NCBI GenBank assembly: GCA_963764165.1
Contig: CAVXRD010000002.1
Coordinates: 672,001 to 736,000, forward strand
Source of the DNA: an uncultured Verrucomicrobiae bacterium
GTDB lineage: Bacteria; Verrucomicrobiota; Verrucomicrobiia; Limisphaerales; Palsa-1400
Reading direction: 5' to 3'
DNA length: 64,000 nt
How positions within the stretch are numbered: the first letter of the stretch is position 1; each line of letters begins with the position of its first letter. The notes under the pieces are model-generated. The model had not been told where the DNA came from. It saw only the letters and a program-made list of their open reading frames with translations, and did no database searches. Positions 47,377 to 57,200 of the stretch are shown here, one piece after another. The position numbers and the translations under genes are program-made.

Positions 47377-48672
47377 ATGACGCTCCTTAAAAAACTGGCC
47401 TCGCACCGTTTTGCAAAACAGGCAGCCAAAATCATCCTTTACCTTGGCCTTTCCCGGCTGATCACGTTTGCCGCCACGATCTACGCCCAGAATTGCCTTG
47501 GTTCGAAAAAGCTCGGTGTGTCGGGGTTCCTTACGCCTGTCTCCCTCTGGCTCACACTGTTTGTAACTTGTTCGCTCGATCCGCTTTTTATCCGGCGGTA
47601 CAAAACAGCCGCGACAAAGGAGGAACGCGAGGGGTGGATCGAGACCGCCATGAGCCAGCGGTTTTTCCTGAGCATGGCCATCGGGCTGCTGGCGATGGGG
47701 GTCGCATGGGTGATTCATCCGCCCGCGGACTGGTGGCTGGGAATCTGGGCATCGTGGCCGTTGCTGGTGTTCACCGCGATTCTGCCCGCCTGGATCAACA
47801 TGGCAGAAGAGGATATGCCGGCCAATTTTCGGGCCTCGACAGTAGCCGCGTTATGCACGGCGGGATTGTACATGACTTTCCGCCCTGGCCAGCCCGCTGG
47901 GTGGGACGTCGTGGTGATGGCGGTGGCGGCCGTAATTCAGTTCTTCGTGCAATGCCATTCCGCCCTAAAACGGCTGTGGCCCCTTCCCATTCGCTGGAGC
48001 AAAATGCGTGGATTCTGGCCTGTTTTTCATGAAGGCCGCTGGCTCTTTGTCTCCGGAATTCTCATCTATGTCTATGTTGCGATGGAATCGCCGATGCTGG
48101 AATTGTTTTCATCGCAAGAAGAACTCGGCAAGTACTCAGCCGCCACAAAGCTGATCGCGTCAGCCCAGCAAATCCTGACTCTGGTCCCTGCCCTGCTGTT
48201 TCCCCGTTTCGTGGAATGGCGCAAGCTCGGCGCGGACGTAATGTGGCGCAAGCAATTGAAGCTGGCGGGAATCTTGTTTCTGTTAAGCGCGCCGGTGTGC
48301 GTGCTGGCCTTTGTGCTTTCGCCGATGGTGTTCCGGCTTCTTTACCGCGGGGATCTGGCGGAATCCGCCATCCCTTTTGCGGTTCTCTTCACGTCAAAGG
48401 TGGTTGTGGTCTTCAACGGATTGTTTGCCCAGGGCTTGTGGGCGCAAGCGGAAGACAAGAAGGTGTTTTGGGTCATATTTCCAACCGCGGCCATCAGCTT
48501 TCTCTGCAATATCTATCTGCTGCCCAAATACGGCATGTACGCGGCGTGCAGCGTCAACCTCTTTAGCGAACTATTGGTGCTGGCCGGCTGCTTCATCCTT
48601 GCGCGCCAGCACGTCAAAATCGCCATGGCCAACGACCAAGGAAGCCCGATTGCGCCGGAACCCACTTTCTAA
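47377..48672 (+). CDS. Wzx-type polysaccharide flippase
   Basis: Many TMs; LGKYSAA; NIYLLPKYGMYAA; start uncertain. Confidence 0.82.
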   Translation: MTLLKKLASHRFAKQAAKIILYLGLSRLITFAATIYAQNCLGSKKLGVSGFLTPVSLWLTLFVTCSLDPLFIRRYKTAATKEEREGWIETAMSQRFFLSMAIGLLAMGVAWVIHPPADWWLGIWASWPLLVFTAILPAWINMAEEDMPANFRASTVAALCTAGLYMTFRPGQPAGWDVVVMAVAAVIQFFVQCHSALKRLWPLPIRWSKMRGFWPVFHEGRWLFVSGILIYVYVAMESPMLELFSSQEELGKYSAATKLIASAQQILTLVPALLFPRFVEWRKLGADVMWRKQLKLAGILFLLSAPVCVLAFVLSPMVFRLLYRGDLAESAIPFAVLFTSKVVVVFNGLFAQGLWAQAEDKKVFWVIFPTAAISFLCNIYLLPKYGMYAACSVNLFSELLVLAGCFILARQHVKIAMANDQGSPIAPEPTF

Positions 48673-48719
48673 AGAGGCCGGTCAAAAACAGGCAGCAGCG
48701 AAATTTTGGCAAAAAACTC

Positions 48720-48748
48720 TTGCAACTCGGCCCCAGTCAGGGTAATAA
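48720..48748 (+). promoter_or_regulatory. Possible sigma70 promoter with ~280-nt leader
   Basis: TTGCAA-N17-TAATAA. Confidence 0.4.
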
Positions 48749-49031
48749 GAGGCTTGATAGGTGGCGTTGCTTCTTTCCGTTGCTATTCAGGTTTGGGCTC
48801 TGAGACAGCCATGCATTTGTTTACAAGGCGGTGATGGCGTATGTCGCTGACGGAAAGGGAATTAAATCATTGCAGATCTGAAGAAAGCGAACGGGGTCGG
48901 CATTGGAAATGCAACCAGGGACACAGGATTGCAGGTGAGCAAAATCGGAAGTTTGCCGTTGCGAACTGACGGGGCGGAGCTTTTGCCAACAATTGACTTA
49001 TTAAAACTTATCCGACAATCCTTACCATAAG

Positions 49032-49664
49032 GTGAACGTCCATCTTAAGAAATGGGGTGTAATACTGACCACCGTCGTTGCTGTAATGGTGTTGGACTGC
49101 TTGGTCCCCGCGAGGGGGGGAAATGCCAGGGAAGCGACGCCGTTTCTTGCTCTCAGCGCCGTTTCGGTTCCAGAAATGCCCGCCAAAGCGGCAGAATTGG
49201 TCGCCGAAGCTGAACCTGCGGCGCGCGATCTTGTCACCGATGATGTGTTGCGAGCCGCCGCCACCATGACCAAGCCCGGGGTGATGCCGTACTTGGTGAG
49301 CGCCATATGCCATCGATGCCCGACCAACGCAGAGGCGGCGGTGACGACGGCGACTGAACTTCAACCTGATGATGTGCTGATTTTCGTCAAAGCCGCCATT
49401 TGTGCCGCTCCAGGGGAAGTTGAAAAAATCGTCTATTCCGCATGCAAGGAAGCTCCGAACCATTCGGCCAATATTGCGCTGATTGCATCGCGGGAATTGC
49501 CCAGCCAGAAGAATCTGGTGCTGGCAGGATTTGCCAACGCTTTGCCGGGCTTGCAAACGTATCTGGAGAAGGCCAAGCTCCAAGTAGGGACAAACGACAG
49601 CGATGCGGTCATAAAACAAACAGCCCAGCTTTGGGCGGAAGCTGCGAAAGGGCAGCGGCACTAA
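49032..49664 (+). CDS. Exported Ala-rich helical-repeat hypothetical protein
   Basis: Signal-like N-terminus; recurring A...P helical units. Confidence 0.7.
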   Translation: MNVHLKKWGVILTTVVAVMVLDCLVPARGGNAREATPFLALSAVSVPEMPAKAAELVAEAEPAARDLVTDDVLRAAATMTKPGVMPYLVSAICHRCPTNAEAAVTTATELQPDDVLIFVKAAICAAPGEVEKIVYSACKEAPNHSANIALIASRELPSQKNLVLAGFANALPGLQTYLEKAKLQVGTNDSDAVIKQTAQLWAEAAKGQRH

Positions 49665-49738
49665 TTTTGTGGCGACTGGATTCTAAACTGAAATGGAGGC
49701 GGGGATGCTCACTTGCCTTGCAACCAATTATTTGATTA

Positions 49739-51076
49739 ATGCAAATCGATGCATCTCTGCGGCGTTGCGTGTTGCGGCAAGGCGGTATTATGTTGGCGGT
49801 GGCGGGATTCTTGGCAACGGGGATCGCGGCGCTGGCGCAAGATCAGGCTGGGCCAACGGCGGGCACCAACGGCGCGGCGCCCGCCTACGCCAACGAATCA
49901 ACGAGTGATTCATTTCTAAACAAGCTTTGGGATCGCCGTCTCGGCCCGTTTAATTTGCATCCAAGGCTGATGACCAGCTTCACCTACGATAACAACATCC
50001 TCCTCTCCACGTCTGACAAGGAAGCCGACGGGATCTGGATGGTGCAGCCCGGCTTGCAGGCGGTCGCTGGGGACGACGCGGCGCTCATTGCTTTTCGGCA
50101 GGAATACAACGATGTCCTGAGTTTGACGCCAGGCAATATGATTGTGGTGCCGGCAGAATGGCGCGCGGGGAAATTGCTGATGCTGGATTACGCGCCGCGC
50201 TTCCAGGAATTTGACCGATACACCTCGAACGATTCATTGGACCAGTTCGCGACCTTTGATTTCCTGTATCCCATGAACAAGTTCGTCTTTGGCGCCAAAC
50301 AAGACTATTCGGACCAGAAGATGACGATCGTCGAAGCGGGCCAGCGGACCGTCGTTGAGTCGATGACGACAACGCTTTCCGGCGCATATGAATTCGGCGA
50401 AAAGACCTCTGTTGAAGCCGATTTCCACCGCCTGAGCGTCGACTACGCCGCCACCGATTTGGTCGGCTACACCGAATACAACACCGAGGATTGGTTCAAT
50501 TACAACCTGGCGGAAGACATGCCCGTCAGTTTGGGTGTGCTGGCGGGAGAAGACATCGTGGCGGACCATCAAGACGAAACCTATGAGCAATTGCGCTTGC
50601 GGGGGCGTTATCTCCGCACGCAGAAACTCACGCTGGACCTCTCGGCGGGTGGCGAATTGCGGCAGTATCAAAATGGAAATCCGATGGTGTTCAACCCGGT
50701 ATTTTCACTGCTTGGAGAGTATCGCCCCGGGCCGCGAACCACTGTGCGCCTGAACGCTTATCGCACCTTGTACGCCTCGATTTTTAACGGTTACAATTAC
50801 ACCAGCACCGGCGCTACGGTGGACTTGTCCCAGGGCATCACCAGCCGTTATACCGCGACTTTGAGCTTCGGCTATTTCGGGCAGGATGCAACCACCGTGA
50901 CCCGGCCCATCGTCACGCATACGGACAGCTACAGCTCGGTTCGATTCAGTTTTGCGGCGAAGATCGCCCGTCACTTCACCGGTTCGATATTTTGGCAGTG
51001 GCTGAACCGCCAATCGCAGTTCGACGGCGGCCTGGATGACAGCCAGTTCGGCGTGCAATTGAATCTTAATTATTGA
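49739..51076 (+). CDS. Outer-membrane beta-barrel, polysaccharide-export associated (BBP2-like)
   Basis: Signal peptide; YDNNI; amphipathic strands; C-terminal GVQLNLNY. Confidence 0.8.
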   Translation: MQIDASLRRCVLRQGGIMLAVAGFLATGIAALAQDQAGPTAGTNGAAPAYANESTSDSFLNKLWDRRLGPFNLHPRLMTSFTYDNNILLSTSDKEADGIWMVQPGLQAVAGDDAALIAFRQEYNDVLSLTPGNMIVVPAEWRAGKLLMLDYAPRFQEFDRYTSNDSLDQFATFDFLYPMNKFVFGAKQDYSDQKMTIVEAGQRTVVESMTTTLSGAYEFGEKTSVEADFHRLSVDYAATDLVGYTEYNTEDWFNYNLAEDMPVSLGVLAGEDIVADHQDETYEQLRLRGRYLRTQKLTLDLSAGGELRQYQNGNPMVFNPVFSLLGEYRPGPRTTVRLNAYRTLYASIFNGYNYTSTGATVDLSQGITSRYTATLSFGYFGQDATTVTRPIVTHTDSYSSVRFSFAAKIARHFTGSIFWQWLNRQSQFDGGLDDSQFGVQLNLNY

Positions 51077-51224
51077 CGTTTTTAGTTGGCACAGCGCCTG
51101 ATCCCCTGTAGAGTCCGAGTTATTCACCATTGTTCTCCTTGAAAGCAGTCATTTGCCTTTAGCCGGCACACCTGAGCCCGTCCAAGCGACCGAGCCGGCC
51201 CGCAATTCAGAACCAGTTCATCCC

Positions 51225-54200
51225 ATGTCAACGCAACGCAGTTTGAAATCGTCCTCGCAGTCCACATTCACAGCATGGCTGGCGGCCGGCGCCGCGGCCT
51301 TAACGTTGCTTTCCGCCAGCCCGGCTGGGGCGGAAGGCCTGGTCGTGAACTCCTTCCCCAGCGCCGGAAGCGTCATCGTCGGGAACTCCCCGGGAGTTGA
51401 TTGGGTCAGCTACGGAGAAAATGCCGTCGCCGTAACATGGGACCCCGCGCAAGCCTCGCCCGCCAATCCGAATGCGGGCGCGATGTACGTGACGGTGGAT
51501 TGGCCAACTCCTGGATCCCCCAACTACACCACGGGGTTCAATAGCGTTGTTTTTGCATTTTCCACCGCTGGCTTGGCCGCCAATGAAGAATTTAATTCAG
51601 CCAATCTCCTCGCTTTTGACTGCGATATAAAAGTGGATGTGGCGAATTCGTATCCCGCCACGGACGGATCTTACGGCGTGGTGGAGTTGGCCGTAAATCC
51701 CTGGGAGCCGCTTGTGCTGGCGGCTCCTTTGCAGGCAACAAACGGTTGGCAGCACATCACCGGCTATTTTTCAGCGATTCCCCCGGGTCTTTATGCCGGG
51801 GCAGTCGTAGGATTGGCATCCGAAGGCACAAGCATCCTGACCAACAAGGTCTCATATTGGATTGACAATATCGTGTTCTCGCAGGCTCCAATCTCGACGG
51901 CCGTCATCGATTCCTTCGACGGCCCTTCGACTGTGCAGATTGGCAATTCACCCGGGCTTGACTGGGATGCCGCCGGAACCAACCCCGTTGCGATCACTTG
52001 GGATCCCAAACAAACATCCCCGTCGAATCCAAACAGCGGGTCCATGTATGTGACAGTAGATTGGCCTGGCTTGGCCGGTGGAAATCCTGTCACGCCGCAG
52101 GCCGCCGTGTTTTCGTTTTCGACAGCCTCTTTGGGGGTGAACGAGGAATACTACTCTTCCAATTTCATTTCATTTGAGTTCGATATCAAGGTGGACGTCA
52201 CCAACTCCTATCTGGCCACGGATGGCACTTATGGAGCTATTGAGCTGACTGTAAATCCATGGTCGTTCCTTATAACCAGCGCCACACTCGCGGCGACGAA
52301 CGGCTGGCAGCATTTCGCGGGCTATTTTTCATCCATTCCGAATGCAGCCTACGCAGGGGCGAATATAGGACTTCTCTCCATTGGAAATAGCGCGCTCACG
52401 AACAAAGCTGCTTATTGGATCGACAATGTCGTTTTCCGGCGCGCGCCACCGAGCATCCCCACTCACCCAGTCTCGGTATTAACTTACCACAACGACAACG
52501 CCCGCACGGGCCAAATGACGAACGAAATTGCTTTGACGCCGATTTCGGTGAACACCAACACATTTGGATTGCTCTTCAGTCACGCGGTGGACGGCTACGT
52601 CTGCGCCTCGCCGCTGGTAATGACGAATGTGACGATTCCGGGAAAGGGGCAGCATAATGTCGTTTTCGTCGCCACGGAGCACGACAGCGTTTACGCATTT
52701 GATGCCGATAATGCCACTGGAGCAAATGCATCGCCTCTGTGGAGCACCAGCTTCCTGAACGTCGCGGGCGGCATAACGACGGTGACGCCGGGAGCCGTGC
52801 TCGCTGGGAGCTTCGACGCCGGCATATTTTTGACGCCGTCCACACCCGAGGTGGGCATCACCGGCACACCCGTCATTGATCCTGTGACCGGAACGCTTTA
52901 TGTGGAGGCGGAAACCCAGGAACTCATTGAGGGAATTCCCGTTGTTTTCCACTGGCTGCATGCCCTTGACGTGGGAACCGGTGCGGAGAAATTCGGGGGG
53001 CCGGTTGAAATTTCGCCATCGGTCAGCGGCATTGGCGACAATAGCGTTGGAGGAGTGGTGAGTTTTAACGCCGCGAATCAATTCAACGGATCGGCTTTGC
53101 TGCTGGCCAACGGAAATGTTTACATTGCTTTTTCGAGTCCGGACCAGACCCCGCCGTTCCAAGGGTGGCTCCTGTCCTACAACGCCCAGACACTCCAGCC
53201 GACCGGGATTTTCAACACCGCTCCCAATGGCAGCCAGGCGGGCATCTGGATGTCCGGCGGAGGACCGGCTGCGGACGCGGCGGGCAACATTTACTTGACC
53301 ACCTCTGGCGGAACATTCAGCACCAATTATGCCTCCGCCAAGAGTGATTCGCTGGGTGGCAGCTTTGTGAAGCTGGAAACGACCAATGGATTGGCGGAAG
53401 CCGATTATTTCCGCCCGTACAACGAGTCAACGCTGGAATCTTTCGGAGCCAGCCTTGGTGTGACAGGTGTTGCGCTGCTGCCTGATTCGGCTGGCAGCGC
53501 CGCGCATCCGCACCTGATGGTTTCGGCCCAGGAGAGCGGAACGCTTTATCTGGTGGATCGCGACTCGCTCGGCGGCTATAACGCCTCGGGAGACAGCCGG
53601 ATTCCACAAGAGCTTTCAACGGTGTTATTTACAGCATTCAACGGCACGCCCGCCTATTTCAATAATCAGCTCTTTTTTCAAGGCGATTATAACAACATCC
53701 ATTCAGTCTTCATTACAAACGGCCAAATGGTTTACAGCAATCAATCGGCCAACTCCTTCATTGATGGCGGCGTTCCGGCAGTCTCGGCGAACGGCAACAG
53801 CAATGGGATCGTTTGGACGGTGCAATTTGATAATTACGCCACTGGAGGGCCGGCGGTGTTATATGCCTACAACGCCAATAACTTATCCCAGGAACTTTAC
53901 GATAGCTCCCAAGCGCCTCTTCGCGATCGCGCATTCCCTGCCGTGCAGTTCACTTCACCCACCATTGCGGGAGGGAGAGTGTACGTGGGCGGGCAATATG
54001 GCCTCTCGGTTTACGGTGCCGGCCCATTTGCCGAATTGCCGGTCATCACGCCCCCTGGGGGAGTTGTTATGTTCACCAACTCGGAGACGGTCACGATCTC
54101 CGCTTCCACACCAGGAGCAACTCTCTATTTTACTTTAGACGGATCGACGCCGACCACCAATTCACAGGTTTACACCGGACCCTTTGCGGTGACGAATACC

Positions 54201-57200
54201 GTTATCGTCAATGCGCTCGATTATGCGCCGGGCTATATCGCTGGCGCAGCCCATGGCCCGACGCTTGTTAACGTGTCGCTGGAGGCGCAAGCGCCCGGGC
54301 TGGTGATCGAAGCGGTTTACCCCGGCGCCACCCGAGCGCAGTTGGAGAGTTCGTCTTATACAAATCCTCCGGCCTACGTTCGCCACCTGCCTTCATTTGA
54401 AATAGTGGAGACGGGTGGTGGGAACTTTGCGGAGACACTGACCGGTTGGTTTACTCCGCCCCAGACAGGCAACTATGTCTTTTTTGTTGCCTCAGGAGCC
54501 GATGCCGATCTGTTCCTGAGCACGGATGCAACCAGCGCGAACCTGCACTTGATCGCCCAGGAAACCTCCGCCTCCAATACGAGATCCTGGCTGAGCTCCT
54601 ACGGCGGCAGCGTCGTTTCATCGAAGCGATCGGACCAGTTCGCGGGGACGGCCTGGCCGACGGGGAATACGATCACGCTTACTGCGGGGGTTCCCTACCT
54701 TATGAAGGCAGTTCACCATTCCGTTCCTACGTATGTATCCACCTTCGCCGCGACCTACAAACTCGCGGGGGCGCCGGATCCTGCCAATGGCACTGCGCCG
54801 GCTCTCACCGGCTCCGTGTTGTCGAGCATTGCTGAAGGAAATGCCGCAATCTCCGTTTCGGGCCAGCCCCAAAATGCGGTCATCTACGCTGGCGACGAGG
54901 CCGAATTCACGGTTCAAGCAACCGCGACGTATTTCGCCGATGCTCCGGGCGGAAGCGGCCCCCCGATTTCTTATCAATGGCAATCCGCGCCACCCGGCTC
55001 GACATCGTTCACCAACATAGCCGGGGCCACGAATTTCCAATTCGTGGCATCTGCGCCCGCAACGGCTGCAAATGGATTCCAGTTCCAGGTGGCGATCAGC
55101 GCGCCTGCCGCGCCCACTCTTGTCAGTTCAATTGCGACCCTCTCCGTCAAACCCGCGATCACGACGCCCAACTACGACTCTGTCTTGACCTGGCATTACG
55201 ATAACGCCCGCACGGGCCAGTATACGAATGAGACGGTATTGACTTTGACCAATGTGAATTCCAATTCCTTCGGCGTGGTTGCCACTCATGCTGTTGACGG
55301 ATACGTTTACGCCGAACCGCTCATCCTGACCAATGTGATGATTCCGGGCCTCGGAAGCCGCAATGTCCTCTTTGTTGTGACGGACCATGATTCAGTTTAT
55401 GCCTTCGACGCCGACAGCGTTGCCACCGGCACGAACGCGGGGCTGCTCTGGCAAACCAGTTTCATCAACCCGGCAGCAGGCGTCACGATCGCCGCCCAAG
55501 CCGATTTCAACTACGATTTCACCGGGCCGGCGGGCATCATCGCAACACCTGTCATAGATCCTGTCTCGGGCACAATTTATATCGAAGCTTTGACGAAGGA
55601 ATCCTTGCCAGGCGGAACAAACTTTATTCACCGCCTGCATGCCCTGGATGTCACCACGGGGAGCGAACGCTCGAACAGTCCAGTTGTGATTCAATGCACA
55701 AACTACCCTGGAACTGGAGCTACCGGCTTCCAGGACAATGATGGAAACGGCCATGTGGCGTGGAATCCACTCCTGTTGCAGGCCCGGCCGGCGCTTCTGC
55801 TGGCGGGAGGAAGTGTGTATGTGTCTTTTGCTTCCTACGCGGACGTCCAGCCCTATCACGGGTGGATACTGGGCTATGACGCCGCGACTCTGACCAATAC
55901 AGGAGTTTTCAATGTAACTCCAAACGGCGCCTCCGGCGGCATCTGGATGTCTGGCGCCGGCCTTGCCGCGGACCAATATAACAACATTTACACTCCCACC
56001 GGCAATGGAGATTTCGGCACCAATTACGCGTTGGCGTCCAGCTACAATCTCAGCGAAAGTGTTATCAAACTGGCGACGACGAACGGGCTGGCATTGTTGG
56101 ATTACTTCACTCCCTACAATCAAGCTTTTCTCACCTCGAAGGATTTGGACCTATCTTCAGACGGCGTCATGCTTCTGCCCGCCAGCGCCGGCAGCGCCCT
56201 GTATCCCCACCTCATGGTAAGCTGCGCCAAAGAAGGGAAAATCTATCTCCTCAATCGCGATTCGCTCGGCCATTACAACGCCTTCAACGACAATCAAATT
56301 GTGCAGGAAGTGCCAAATGCGGTTACAGGCACATGGGCTTCGCCGGCCTACTTCAACAACATGATTTATTATCAGGCTGGCACCCTGGGAGGCCCTCCTG
56401 ATGTTCTAAAGGCGTTTGCGATCACCAATGGACAAATAACTCCGACTCCAGTCACGGAGTCCCTGACGCCATTCAATTTCCCGGGCGCAACCCCTGTTAT
56501 TTCAGCGAACGGCGTCAGCAACGCCATCGCGTGGGTTCTGCAAGAGGAATCCCCGCAGTCCAGCCCGTGCGTGCTGCACGCCTACAACGCGACCAACCTA
56601 AGCCAGGAGCTTTACAACTCAAAGCAAGCCGATTCCCGCGACTTGCTCGGCGTCCCAGTGAAACAAACGATCCCGACCGTCTTTCACGGCAAAGTTTATG
56701 TGGGCGCGGCTTATTCGGTCTATGTTCTTGGCATCAATTCGTTCATTCCTGAACCATTGATAGCCCCGGCAGGCGGCCTGTTTACAAACTCGATCAACAT
56801 AACATTGAGCGACGCCGGGACCAACGTCTCGATTTACTACACCCTCGACGGCTCCAAGCCCACTACGAATTCAGCTCTTTACAGCGGGCCGTTTGTATTG
56901 ACAAACACCGCCCTCGTCCAGGCTGCGGCGACAGTCAATGGTTCCTCTTACAGCCCGGTCGCAAGCGCCAGTTTTGTCAATACGGCGGCTGCGGGGAACG
57001 GCACGGGTCTGCTCGGCCAGTACTACGCCGGAATCTTCCCGACAAATATTCCAACGGGCGCTCCGCTCATGGTTCGCACCGACGCCGTGATCAATTTCAA
57101 TTGGTCCGCCGCCCCGCCATCGTCCGCCCTCGGATACATAGATTACTCCATATTCTGGACTGGAATGGTGCGGCCGCAATATTCCGAGAATTACACATTC

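Noticed and set aside
48827..48840. ops/JUMPstart element ggcggtgatggcgt
   Set aside because: Does not match GGCGGTAG
51087..51102. Sigma54 promoter TGGCACAGCGCCTGAT before the giant gene
   Set aside because: The -12 position reads GA instead of the near-invariant GC
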